NCBI GenBank assembly: GCA_001179505.1
Contig: CDMY01000426.1
Location: 1-64,000, forward strand
Direction of reading: 5' to 3'
Length of the DNA: 64,000 nucleotides
From: Vitrella brassicaformis CCMP3155
Taxonomy: Eukaryota > Protista > Chromerida
Shown here: positions 22,501 to 35,638 of the stretch, piece after piece
Layout: the number at the start of each line of letters is the position of its first letter
Numbering within the stretch: position 1 is the stretch's first letter
The notes under the pieces: model-generated
Database searches by the model: none
What the model saw: only the letters and a program-made list of their open reading frames with translations
What the model was told of the DNA's origin: nothing
Made by a program: the position numbers and the translations under genes

Positions 22501-24340
22501 GTCTGAATCTGCGGACACCACGCGGCCCTCTTCTCGTTCGTCCGGTGCTGAGCCTCTCCGGCCTCCCACCAAGCCTCAGCAGCGCAGAGGCACGGCTGGG
22601 CAGGCCGGCAGTGGCGTGCGGGCGGTGTTGCACTCGTCTTCGGTCAGTAGCGCAGTGGCCGCATCGGTCGGAGCTGGGCCGGCTCTCATACCGGCAGCCG
22701 ACAAGAACCATCGACCACACCAAGATGGAGACGATAGGTCCGTTACATGCCCCAGACAGCATCTCCACCACGGCACGAGTGTCATTTGTTGGGTGTGCAG
22801 TGAGGACGAGGAGGAGCATGACGAGCAGACACAGATGGCCATCGCTGCATCGCTGCACGACGCCACCACCGCTGCCATGATGCTCCCGCCATCCATCCAC
22901 ATGACGTCTGGCGGCTACGCCAGTGGCGCATCGGCAGCAGCAGCAGCAGCATCGCTCGGGCCTCTGAAGGATGCAGTGTGCAGGGCTATAGAGGAGCAGC
23001 GGAGGTCAGCAAAGGATCGATGGAGGGAATGGGCGGACGCTTGGCTGCGTCATGTGTGTGTCCATGTCATCCATCTGCAGCATGGAGCGTGCTTATGGCA
23101 AGGCGCTGGAGCGGCATTCGAGCATCATGGAGCGGACCAATGAGCTCAACGCGGCCATAGGGGCACTCACAGAAGCCACGCAAGAGCGACCAGACACGTA
23201 CAAAGATGGAAATGAAGCGCTCTGAATCATCTTCATCGATTCCTGTGGTACTTCAGGTTGACTCGCGATGCGTTGATGGCCCTGACGACGGCAGCCGAGG
23301 TCTGTGAGTTCGGTGAGAGGGTCACGCGCGAAGGCGAGCGGCTCGACCAACTCTACAGTCGTGCGTGCGAGTCCTCCCGCACCAGCAGTAGCGACACACG
23401 TGCTGGCAACGGCAGCGGGTCCCTCTTTGGCCGTTTTTCGTCCCCATCCGCAGCATTTGATGCAGCGCGCAACAATGATCGCATTCAAAGGTGGGCAACA
23501 ACGCCAAACACACGCACACACATACACACATTCACTCACACACAGGTGATTGATCGGCACTCACTCAGGCGCTCGCGTCATGACGAGATAGCTGACGAGG
23601 TCGATTCGGTGTCATCGGAGGGGCAGCTGCGCGAGATGCTGCATAGCACTAAGGCCAAGCTGCGACAGTAAGCACACGCACAAAGAAACAAGCAGTGGAG
23701 TATGTTCATGCTGCCCCTTGGCTCTCCTGTAGGCTGGAGGCGGACATCTCGACGGTGACGGAGGCGAGTGCGGCAGCCGAGGCGAAGATACAAACACTCC
23801 AAGAGGAACACGACCGCCTGCTACAGATAGCCCGCACAGGGTGGGTAGACACACACGCACACAAACTTCGCCGCCAACGCCTCCTGGTTGCGTGTGTGCA
23901 GCCTGACGGAGCACCGGCTGTCATCCCTCCGCTCACCTGATGATGTGGAGGCCTTCAAGCGCGACATCACGAGGGCCAGGGCGGCACTGCGGGCACTGGG
24001 CAAGGAGGCCATCAAGATGGAGGGTCGGCTGGAGGAACGCGAAGCAGCGGCCGCCTCTGCTGCTGCGGCACCGCCGCCCCCTCCCCGTCCCATCTGCGTC
24101 ATCTGCAACAACAGCCCGCCCACAGTGCTGTTTGATCCCTGTGGCCACCTGTGCCTGTGTGCCGATTGCTGGCAGCAGTGGAAGGGCAGACACGAGAGGG
24201 CCAAGGCAGAGAAGGCGCGGCTGGAGGGGGCGTGCAAGCCGGTGCCTGAGGAGGTGCGTCGGTATGCGGTGCTGAGATGCCCTTCCTGCCGGAGTGCTGC
24301 CGAGAAGACGATCACAGCGCATGTGCAGACGGAGGATTGA
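19578..24340 (+). pseudogene. Ankyrin repeat - coiled coil - UIM-like - C3HC4 RING E3 ligase gene with two frameshifts (20264-20266 and 21190-21197)
   Basis: Ankyrin motifs GSNPVHWAAA and GADITAVDNDGWTPLHAAAAWG; UIM-like EEEHDEQTQMAIAASL; RING CVIC-x11-CGHLCLCADC...CPSC. Exons from ATG 19578 to stop 24340 join in phase except for a missing C and an ATCG tandem duplication. Confidence 0.75.
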
Positions 24341-24686
24341 GTAGATCAGACAGGCAGAGGGGAGGGGCGGGCTGTGTTGTACAGGTGGTGGACGATGCCA
24401 GCTGTTGACCGACTCACTATGGGCAGCCAGCGAGAGTAGCTTCGCATTCCATTGCAACATTCCATTACATGTTCATACACGTATGTAACGGTTCTCACTT
24501 CTCACTACCGTCCTCGCGTCTCGAATGAGCCATGCGGACACATCATAGGTCTCCTCTCTCTCCCCTGGCGGCTCTCTCTCTCCTGCTCCTCTCCTCAGGC
24601 GAGCTTTTTTGCGAGCTTGAAGCAGATCTCTCTCTCGAGTTTAACCACTTACTTCCGGCATCTACGACGGCCTCAATACAGCAACG

Positions 24687-26188
24687 ATGGACTCGGATGA
24701 TGACATGCTCAGTCTGGATGAATCTGCGCCGCCAGAGCAGCATGCGGCGAGTGACGAGTCGCGGGGCAAGAAGAAGAGGAAGGGCGGAGGCTTCCAGTCG
24801 ATGGATCTCAGCGCCGGCGTGCTCAAGGGCGTCCTCAGGATGGGATACAAGGTCCCGACTCCCATCCAGAGAAAGTGCATCCCGCCCATTCTCGAAGGTC
24901 AATAGATACACACGCAGCGGAGTGAGGGTCATTCACCCGTGCCTCTGAGGATGCAGGATGTGGGTGTGCCTCTGTGTTGTGTTCGTTGTGTGTGTGTGTG
25001 TGTGTGCAGGTGTAGATGTGGTAGCCATGGCGCGCACAGGGTCGGGCAAGACGGCCGCCTACCTCATACCCATCCTGCAGAAGCTGCAGGCACACTCAGG
25101 TGAAGCGAAGGCAAACCAGGAGCCCATGCGCAACACGAATCTCTCTGTGTGTGTCAGTTGTTGTGGGTGTGCGGTGTGTGATCCTCTCGCCCACACGAGA
25201 GCTGGCCATACAGACGTCCAAGTTCGCAAAACAACTCGGTGCGTCACGTCCATGAATGAGCCTCCAGTCGGCTCAGTGTCCCGATTGGCCATCCATCCAT
25301 CCACCCATCCATCCATCCATCAGGTCGCTTCACGGATTTGCGTCTGTGTATGCTGATTGGCGGCGGTTCGATGGAGAGGCAGTTCGAGCGGCTGTCCAAC
25401 AACCCCGACATCATCGTGGCGACGCCCGGTACGTGCGCATTCCATTCATGGATGCATGTGACTTATCTGTGCGTCTATGTGTGTGTGTGTGTGTGTATGT
25501 GTGTAGGTCGGCTGATGCACCACCTGGTTGAGACCGACCTGCGACTGACAAGGGTGCAGGTGCTCGTCTTCGACGAGGCAGATCGGCTGTTTGAGCTGGG
25601 GTGCGTTACCGGCCACATACACGGAGCATCGGACATTCTCAACCAATGCCGTGGTTGGTACGTGCGCGTGTGCAGGTTTTCCGACCAGCTGCGGGAGATC
25701 CTGAGCAAGGTCCCGTCCACGCGTCAGTGTCTGCTGGTGTCGGCCACACTCCCATCACAGCTGGTGGAGTTCTCAAAGGTGCGCAAAGGCACACACACAC
25801 ATACACACCTGCACCTGTGGCTGTGGTGTGCGCAGGCCCGTTTGCGCGAGCCGGTGTTTGTGCGTCTTGATGTGGAAAACACGCTGTCGGATCAGCTCAA
25901 GCTGACATTCCTCTACCTACGGTACACAGGGAATGGCCTCACTCGTCTGTGCGCATCTGTGTCCGTCTAAGTGTGTCTGTCTGTCTGCAGGTCTGAGGAA
26001 AAGCTGGCCTGCGTCTTATTTCTGTTCCGCCAAGTCATCAAGGTGACATCGGCCACCAGACGCAACGCACACACATGGATGGATGTCCACGTGCGCCGAT
26101 GTGTGTGTACACAGGCTCCCGACAAGGCCATTCTCTTCGCTGCGACGCGCCATCACACAGAATTTCTCGGGGCTCTGCTCAGAAAGGT

Positions 26189-26219
<31 letters not shown>

Positions 26220-29187
26220 GTCATCGTTTCCACGCACTCTCTGTCTGACCAGGTCGGGGTGTCGTGTTCCATCGTCTACGGGACGATGGACCAGACGGCC
26301 AGAGAGCAGCAGCTCGCGCACTTCCGGAAAGGCGTCACTCGCGTGTTGGTGGTGACTGACGTGGCGGCAAGGGGGCTTGATATACCATTCCTCGAGTAAA
26401 GGGAGACACTGGGACACCCGTAAACACGCACACACACGTGTCACACACAGGTATGTGGTTAATTTCGACTTCCCCACCTCGCCCAAGCTCTTCGTCCACC
26501 GGGCGGGCAGGACGGCTCGAGCTGGACGGTCAGGCAGCGCCATATCGTTGGTGACCTCTCCCGACCTGCCCTACACGATGGAGCTGCTGCTCTTCCTCGG
26601 CAGAAAGCTCAGAGTCGCCGGCCATGGCCATGAAGACCCCCAACACACCGACACACAGCAACAGGATGACAGCGACAAGTGAGCTGGGAGTGTGTGTGTC
26701 CCTGCATCACCATGTCTGTCTCGTCATTGTCCGTTGTTTGTCAGTTCGTGTGTGTATCTGGGAGGAGTGCCTCACCTAGAGGATGACACCGAGTGGATCA
26801 GAGCGCAGATCGGCGGCGGCAAAAAGGGCGAGGAGGCGTCGGCCGCTGGAGGCGATAGCGAGCTCAAAAGGCTGTACGGCGCCATGGACGGGTACGCCAG
26901 CCACAGATACAGACACATGATGTCCTTCCCACACAGATGGCCGCCGTGTGTGTGCATGTGCCAATCAGGGCTTACAAGTTGTATTACAAGACTCGCCCCT
27001 CTGCGAGCAAGGCCTCCGTGAAGCGCACCAAGGAGCTGATCCAGCAGGTCGGCGGCGTCGCCAAGCTCGGCAGCACGCCACACCCAGATTTCGGGACACA
27101 ATTCAGCGAAACAGAGGTCAGTACGTGAGAGCCCACATGGATAAGAGGTCTGTGTACACCGATCTGTGGTGTGCTGTGCTGTCCGTCAGGCCGCCCGGGC
27201 GCATTTCATCGACGACCTGCGTCGGTTTCGGCCGCGCGCAGAGGACAACAAGGGCAGGGTCTTGTCGCCGGAGATACTCCAACGTACGACACTCCAGTGG
27301 CAAGAGAAATACGGGCGTCCATTTACACGTGTTGGTGCACGTGTGTGTGCGTGTGTGTCTGTCTGTTCGTGCCCATGGCAGGGATGCAGCAGCACAGGGA
27401 CATTCACACGCTGCAGCACTACTCAACCAAGAGACAAGAAGAAGACGAGCAAGACGAGCTAGGTCAGACGAAAGCACCACAGCCCACACACATAGGCACC
27501 TCTCATGTGCCTCCCTGTTATCATCACGCAGACCAAAGCGACGACCAGGACGAAGGTGACAGCGCCCCCGCGACAATGGCCCAGCGATCACATCAGACCA
27601 CCACACCGTCCCCCACACCCGCCCACCCTCCCCGGCCCCGCATGAGCAAACGGCGCCGAAACAAACTGGCCAAAATGGGCGGACAAGCAGAAAACGGCCA
27701 GCAGGACCTCGAAGCCATGGAGGAGGAGGGCATCACTGTGGCTGTGGGCGCTTACGGCGACACCAAGGCGCACCAGCTGCAGCAGGAGCACGAGGTCGAT
27801 CAGGATGGGGCGAACGTCTTTGAGCGGACGACAAAGGTGCGTACCGATGCACTCGACACACACAACCATACACACCGACACAGATCGACGCATCTTTCCA
27901 TCCATCAGCGTGACCCGACTTTTTATCTTTCGGCCACGATGGACGCCCGCAACGAGGCCAAGGAGCGGGGCCTGCAGCTGGACGCCCACCGGCTGGACTT
28001 GGTGCCCGACGAGTCCACCGACATGAAGAAGAGCAAACAAGTCATGAAGTGAGTGAGCACGCCAGCCGCCGCTTGTGTGTGGGGGGGGAAGATGCATGTG
28101 TCTGTGTGTGTGTGTGTGTGTCTGTCTGTGTGTGTGTGTGTGTGTGTGTAGGTGGAATGCCAGGAAGAAAAAGTACATGTTGACTGACGTCGACGCGAGC
28201 GGCAGGGCACTCAAGAGGAAAAACGAGGCGGGCGTCACCGTCAAGTCAGCCACCCACACCGCAGCACACACACAATATTCTCACACCCCCATCCATCCAT
28301 CCATCTGTGTGTATCTGTGTGTGTCTGTGTGCGTTAGGGGCGATCGCGACGTGGAGGGCACCTACAAGAAGTGGGCGCGCGAGACCAACCGCCGCATACA
28401 GGCCGTCGGCGAACAGGAGGAGAAGCAAGAACACACACACACCGGTAGGCTACCCCACGCAGCCACACACAGATCGGTGCGCTGAACGCTGTGGGCACGT
28501 GTCAATGGCCATGTGTGTAGGCCGCAAGCGGCCGCGTGATGACGAGAGTGAAACCGATGAAGATGGCGACGAGCCGACAGAGCCGCCCACACAGGTGCAG
28601 CGGACGGCGGGCGGAAAACGCGACGCAGGTACGCATCGCGCGGGCAAACGTGTCTGTGGTGCACTCGTTTATGCCGCACGTGTGTGTCGCGCGTGTGTGT
28701 CTGACGCGTGTGTGTAGGTCTTCGCGAGGCCGTCGAGAAAGGCTTCACTCTGACGCACAAGCAACAGCGGAAGGCCAAGAAGATCGGTCTTCTGCCAGGC
28801 GGCAAACAGCCACAGCCACACGCAGCCAAAGACGCCGACGCGACCCAGCTCAAAACCGCCAAAGAGGTCCGTCCGCATACCACCAGACGACCACACACAT
28901 GGGGCCGTCTGTCTCGTCATGTGTCTATGGTGTGTGTGCAGATCGCCAAGGCCAAGCGGGAGCAGCAGAGGATGAAGGTGCGGACGACACCGAAGCTGCG
29001 TCAAAAGGCGGCCAAGAGGGCCAAGGATGCGTGGATGAGCAAGCAGCGTGACAAGGCCGCCATGAAGGGGGCGCCCAACCGCAGCATGCTCATTGTGCGG
29101 CAGGGCGGCAAGAAAGGATTCAAGGGATTGGGCAGGGGAGGCGGCAAGGGAACAATGGGCAAGAAGGGCGCCCGAGGCAAAAAGTGA
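24687..29187 (+). CDS. DDX54: ATP-dependent DEAD-box RNA helicase DDX54/DBP10 (60S ribosome biogenesis)
   Basis: Q motif GGGFQSMDL...[33 protein letters not shown] ([12 protein letters not shown]), [28 protein letters not shown], and a DBP10CT-like WNARKKKY...KNEAGVTV...YKKW segment. Confidence 0.95.
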
Positions 29188-29811
29188 GAGAGAGAGAAGC
29201 CAAGGACGGCTGGCTGATGGTGGGCTGAATCGCTGGTCGTGTGTGTGTGTGTGTATACGAACGAACGGTTGGTTGGTTGCGATTAAATCAATAGCAATGT
29301 AGCAACATGATGCACTCAGTGATCTCACTCATGATGCACACACTGCAACATACACACACACAGGGGCTCGGTCTCAGTGAAAGGTCTGTGTGTGGGTGTT
29401 GGTTCCTCACCGCCTCTCTGTCGCCGTACTTGCTGTCTTCCCAATGAGGCAGATATGCACGTGCCGACCGACAGCTGTACACTCGCGCTGCCGCGTCTCT
29501 CTTACTTGGACACCAGGCTTAAATCAAGATCATAGCCGCCCTAGTGTCACACCTCCCGCCCTTCACTCTGTGGCCTGCCTTCAGTCCCTCATATAACTCC
29601 CATGCGAACGACTGCAAATCGCGCAGCATGGACTCGAGTCGTTATGGTCACAGATAGACGAAAAACCAACCCAATCCACACACACAGAACCCGGTCAATC
29701 AGTCAGACCACCTGTTCCCCGTTGATCCACTGAGGGATTGATGCACACAGCCCGCCAGTGTCAGTGAGTGAGATAGAGGCGAAAAAAGAAAAATCACTCT
29801 CACTCACCCAT

Positions 29812-31564
29812 TCACAGCCTATTCCCCAGCCCGTCGCCGAACAGCACCTCCACATCGGCCCCCATGACCTCACGAGCCACTCTCACTGTCTGAGGGAACC
29901 TGGCGGCACCCTCCTTGCCCGACACGGGACACTCCGTCGTGTAGAGCGTTGTTTCAGCATGGTTGTGCCGGCCGCAGATCATGACGTGAGCCTCGAAGGT
30001 GTGGTGGGGCTGGTCGCCTTGGATCACGATCATGCGGCCGAAGTATCCTCCGGGCGACTCGCGAGTGCTGACAGTGTGGCAGGTCTGCCACACGGGGGGC
30101 GGCTGCCAGCGGAGAGCCATCTGAAATGAAAGAGAATGGGAGAGACAGATGGATCGATGGATCGATGGACAAACAGGATCGGTGTCAGTGAGTGTGTGTG
30201 TGTGTGTATGCGACTTACCAGTCGGGTAAGGCGCTGCGAACTGGGTGCAAAAAACTGGTGCGCCACAACACGCCCGTCGGTGGTGGTCCCACCGATCCCA
30301 CCGACGGGTGGTCCTGACCTCATCCTGACCAGACAGACAGACAGACTGACCGCGTGTGTGTGCATATTCCTCTCATTATTGTCTTCTGAGTCACTTGTAC
30401 AACACGGCGGCGCGAACCGAATCATAGTCATTACCTGCCCACACACAGACACACAGGCAGGCAGCTTCAGACACGCACCCAAATGGTGGATGGACAGATC
30501 GGTTCTCACCTCCAAGTTGGCACACAGGGTCGGTCTCGTCGAATCGAGCTCGGAAGGAGCTGTCGGCCGGCAGTGTCTGCAGGGTGCGAATGGTGAGACG
30601 ATATCCATCCAGCCATTCCTCGCCAAGCATTCGTTGCAGCGTCATATGCAGTGTGGTGTCGCCTTGCAAGTGACGCCAGAGAAGGGAGAACTGCCGCAAC
30701 GGCTCGCACCGCCCGTCGAACAGCGCCCTGCTGCCCACCCCTTCGAAATCCTTTTCGCGCAGCGGTATCGGCAATCCCCAAAACACCCGCCCATGCTGCT
30801 CGGCCACCCTGAGGATCGGCGTCCACCTCGACCACTCGCCCCCGTGCTGGATGATGTACAGAATTTTCTGGAGCAGGTCGAGGGATAACGTCGATTCCCA
30901 GCTGTTCGGATGATAGCTGACGAGGTCCTGCATACGCTTGGCGGCGATCTGGCGGTCAATCACCGACGTGAGTGTCGCCTCGGAGATGCGCTGTATGCCG
31001 AGGGTGCACGTGCGTCGGAGGCGGCCGAGGCCGTCGGCGCCCACTAGAGGGAAAATGACCTCACACTCGATTTCATAGGGGAGGTCGAACAGCCGAAGCT
31101 GCTCGTCATGCTGAAAAAGGCGGAGAGACAGACGGCAATGAGAAGCGTGTTGCTCGTGGCACTGCCTTTTGTGTGTCTGGTACCGTGTTGCCGCCATCCC
31201 GAGTCACAGGACCGTTGGCAACAAACCGGAAGCCCTCGTGCACCTGCACACTCAGTCGGACGGATACGCACACATCGTGAATTGATCCAGAGGTCGTATG
31301 CCTGTCTGTCTTCGTGTGCACCTGTTGGGCGTGCGGGGATCTGTTTTTGTGATGCGGCACCACCACACGGAACTCCTCGTGTCGGCCGTCCACCTCCCGC
31401 ATCCTTAGCGCCGTCCCTTCATTGGTCTCCTCTGTGCGATAGACAGCCGCCACCACCCACTCCTGCTCGCCCTTCTCGCGCCCGGCCGTCACCATCCACA
31501 CGCGAGCGCCCTCCGGGTGAGGACGAGCCGCATGAGGACGAGCCGCATGGGAGAGGGGCTCCAT
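29812..31564 (-). CDS. F-box protein of a second lineage-expanded family; appears intact
   Basis: F-box LFDLPYEIECEVIFPLVGADGLGRLRRTC; exons join in phase from MEPLSHAARPHAARP to ...ARFPQTVRVAREVMGADVEVLFGDGLGNRL*. Confidence 0.75.
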
Positions 31565-31822
31565 CTGACGCATTGATGAAACACAACCAACGAATGACCA
31601 ACTGAAGGAATGAGAGGGGTGCATCATTCATCACACCTGTGTGTACCTGTGAGGCGCGAGCACCTCAAATGCTCAAAAGGCGGGTGGTCGCCAGATGGAT
31701 TCGGAGGGCTTCTCGGGCGTCAATCACCTGCATCCGTCTTGAGTAGATTCCTCGTTTGTCTTTCCACTTACTAAGCCAGATTCTTACTAAGCCCCTAGCA
31801 TCCCCTTCAGCTAAGCTTGCGG

Positions 31823-32116
31823 GCCTGAGGCTGGCCTGCTTTGTTGCCCTTCTGGCCTCTCTTTCCTCTGCTGTCTGGCTGTTCTGTGCATCTGGGTGTG
31901 GGGTGGATCAGTCGTGGGTGATGGGGCGGGCGTGCACTACTAGGCAGCTATGTTACTTCATCTTCAGCCAGTGTGTGAGGGGGACACACACATCATCTCA
32001 TCGACAGCATCTCATCGACACAGCATTCTTACTTGCCTGCACGTTCTGCGCCTGAGGCTGGCCTGCTTTGTTGCCCTTCTGGCCTCTCTCTCCTCTGCTG
32101 TCTGGCTGTTCTGTGC
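31823..32116 (+). repeat. 67-bp direct repeat pair (31823-31889 and 32050-32116, one mismatch); a second ~45-bp diverged pair lies at 31728-31769 and 32361-32405
   Basis: GCCTGAGGCTGGCCTGCTTTGTTGCCCTTCTGGCCTCTCT(T/C)TCCTCTGCTGTCTGGCTGTTCTGTGC occurs twice; GATTCCTCGTTTGT(C/T)TTTCCACTT occurs twice. Confidence 0.9.
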
Positions 32117-32259
32117 TGTCGGCTGGCGAAGTGTCTTCCTTTTCTTTTCAAGAACGAGCAGTGGCTAATTTTTCATCTGAGCGCTGGCCACTTTAGACTT
32201 ACGGACGCATTGATTGGACACACCATCTGCCCTCAGGGGCCGGGGCCTCGGTGCCCGTT

Positions 32260-32287
32260 AACGAACGAACGAACGAACGAACGAACG
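32260..32287 (+). repeat. (AACG)7 microsatellite
   Basis: Seven perfect AACG units. Confidence 0.9.
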
Positions 32288-32546
32288 GGACGAGAGGTCG
32301 CCAAACAGCTCGCAAGCCATTCATTGCTCCTTCGAGAGATCTGATGTCGGCATTAGTCATCTGCATCGTCAACCTTGAGCCGATTCCTCGTTTGTTTTTC
32401 CACTTGCGCACGAGAGGTGTGTTCTGACAACTCTTCATGTCGACGGCGGCGAACAAAGAGCCACTGCAGGAGTACCAGTGAAGCGACAGGAGGGTTCGCG
32501 TCGTGCCGCCCCGCCGTTTTCTGCCGTTGCGGCTGGAGTACCAACG

Positions 32547-33150
32547 ATGGCAGCCCAAGATGAGGACGAATATGGCGAATCCGAAGGTAGTATTGCTTAT
32601 TGAGGACGATTGCAGCGAGGACAGGCATCCTTGCGTTCGCTCAGGTGACAGTGGTCGCGGTCCCACGCCGTTTTTCTTCCGTCCATCAGCTGGTGCGGCC
32701 AAGGCCAAACCGGCGGCCGCCAAGGCAAAGACGGCAGCCAAGCCCGCAGCCATGGACGAAGATGACGACGCCACAGGTCAGCCAGTGCACAAGACGGACA
32801 GACAGACAGGCAGACAGACAGACCACTCTGCGATCTTGGACATCTAATTCAAGTTCGGTGTCATTCAGACGAGGACGATGGTTCAGAAGAGGACCTGAAG
32901 GATAACAAGGAAGGAAGGAGTAATTCACACTGATCGGCACCCGAACAAACATTCGTGTGCTTGTTTCGTCCCTCTGTGTCGTGTCTGCTCGTTACTGCGT
33001 GCAGCCAAGGCTAAACCCAACGCGGCACCCAAGTCAGCGGCATCTAGGCGCAGCATGAAGGCCTCACCGAAGAAGCCCGTCGATGACGACTCGGAAACCG
33101 GTCTGTCAGTCAGTCAGTCCGAGCACACACGCCAGACGTGAACACTTCTG

Positions 33151-33184
<34 letters not shown>

Positions 33185-33646
33185 TATGTGCAGACGAGGA
33201 TGAGGCGCCCCGACAGAGGGCTCCGAAGGCCGGCGACAAGCGGAAGGCACAGCAGGCAGTCAGCCAGCTTGCTGAAGCCACCAAGGGAGGTACGCTGGTT
33301 GGGGTGGCGGCGGGGTAAGGAGGACTCAAAAGAAATCTCTCTTTCCTTTCTCTCCCTCTCTCTCTCTGTTGGTGCGTATCGAACAGGCGATGTGTGTGGC
33401 CGCAAAGTGTACGTGGGCAATCTGCCGTCCGGTGTGACAGAGAAACAGCTGCGCGAGGCCTTCAGTACTTGCGGCAGGATCGAGGAGCTTCACGTCCCCG
33501 AGAAAGGGGAGAGGGGCTTCGCCTTCGTCACATTCGCACACCTGGCGGGCGCCAAGAGAGCTCTCGAGTTCCGCGGGGCAGTCTTCCACGGCAGAAAGGT
33601 AAATGTCATGACACACAGCGCAGGGAAGGCATGGCATCGCAGAGCC

Positions 33647-33680
<34 letters not shown>

Positions 33681-35638
33681 CAGCTGCGCGTCGCCCACCC
33701 AAACAGTGGCAGACCAAAAGGACCCAAACCTGACAGGGTACCCCCTACTCGTTCATTCATCCATCCGCGCATTAATGTGTGTGTGTGTGTGTGTGTGTGT
33801 AAAATGCGTGTGTAGTTGAAGAGTTTGCTGCTTCACAACCTGGCCAAGAATGCCACCGAGGACGACCTGCACAACGCCTTCGAGGTTGCCGGTGAGATCG
33901 AAAACGTCCACATTCTCAAGAACTGGGAGACGCAGGAGGTGAGGGAATGACCACACCAGGACACACGCATTCACACGACCATCGGCGGCCATCACCTGCC
34001 CGCCTGCAGTCTCGTGGAGTGGCGTTTGTGAATTTCGCGACCGAGGAGGGCTGCCTCGCCGCCAGCCAAATTGATGGCGTCCGCATCAAGGGACAAACCA
34101 TATCGGTCAGTCAGGCGGTCTGCCCACTGCACACAGACGCCACGTATGCACTTACGCGTTGTGTGTGTATCGGTGTGTAGATGAAATGGGGCCATGACAG
34201 AGGCGCTCGGGGCCGCGCCGCTGCTGCTGCGGCGGCCAATGGAGGTACGGGTGAATGCATCAAGATGGGATGGGATGAAATGGACACTCTTGTGTGCTGT
34301 TGTTCAGGTGAGGTCAGCGTCCGCGCTGTGGCGGTGAAGCGTGAGCACGACCCCTACGATGGCGAGGACGGGCAGGGGGGTGCGGAGGACATCAAGCAAG
34401 AGAGAGAGGCCGTCAAAGACGAGCCGCATGACGTCAGTGCGAACGAGGAGGCCGGTGAAGAGGATCTGCAGGACGACGGTGCGTATCAACGACGCACGCC
34501 TGAGTGTCGGTGTGGCTCTCTGTTTCTGCTCCTGTCACTCATGTGTGCAGACACCCAGCAGTGGGAGGCACGCCTCCGTGCGGCCTTCACCCGGAAGTGC
34601 ACACACGGCTCCAAGACGCACGACTCAGCCTATGACGACCTCACCCTGGTCGCCGTCGACCGTAACACCAACTGCACGGTTGGCTTCTACGTGACGGTCG
34701 GGCCATTCTTCACCGATCAGGACGAAGACGGCCACGGGGTATATGTCAGGGCAGGAGTCTGGTGCGACTCGAGGAGCCGCATATGGGACTTCAGGGGGCT
34801 GACCACGAGGCTTCGCCGCGTTCGGGGCGGCGCCAGCTTGCAGGATCTCCTCGCCACGACAAAAAAGATGGTGCTGGGGCCAGATGGGAGGAAGATCATC
34901 AAGCACGACAAGGACACCGCCGGTCAGCGCAAGAGGGCGGCCAAGAGGTCGATTGAGAACGGCAGCGGCGAGACCCCTCCAGCCAAACAGCGCCGCGAGT
35001 CAGGTACACAGTAGAGGGACACACACAGAAAAGGGCTGCGTCACCATTGCGGCTGTGTCATTATGTGTGTGTTCTCGTGTCATCAGGTGTGTCTGCTGGA
35101 TTGTCTGGTCGTCATGCAGCTGCCGCTGCTGCTGCTGCTGCTGCTGCCGCAGCAGCAGCACCTGAGCAGCTGAGTCAGATGAAGGCGCTGGTGCAGCTGA
35201 CTCGCCGAGAGCTGATGAGGGCCATCAAAGTGGACCCTGACGACCTCATACGTGACCTTGCCGAGACAATGGACACGGTGAGGGAGAGAGGGCGGGTCGG
35301 GTCTGGTTGTGTGACGGCTGATAGGACTCAATGTGTTGTGCTGTCTGCCATGCCTGCCTGCAGCACAAGATGAACGGCGCTGCGTTGGCCGACATCGGCC
35401 AGATGGACAAGGAGGAGATGCTCAAGGACATGGAGCACTTAGGCATCACGGCATATGGCCAGCAGCGGGCCCTCAAGCGATGGATCAAGCACGCCATGGA
35501 CAGCGGCGGGGTACCACACCACACACAGACTATGTGCGTGGATTGGCCGATGGATGACATGTCGTTCTTTTCCTTGGTCAGGTCCGTGTGCCAAGTGCCA
35601 AGGTGGCCCAGACCGACGCATCCATGGAGAGAGGCTGA
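32547..35638 (+). CDS. Nucleolin/Gar2-like RNA-binding protein: K/A- and D/E-rich N-terminus, two RRMs, an unknown domain and a C-terminal SAM domain
   Basis: RRM1 KVYVGNL...RGFAFVTF; RRM2 LLLHNL...RGVAFVNF; SAM-like HKMNGAALADIGQMDKEEMLKDMEHLGITAYGQQRALKRWIK. The intron phases checked from RRM2 onward are consistent. Confidence 0.8.
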
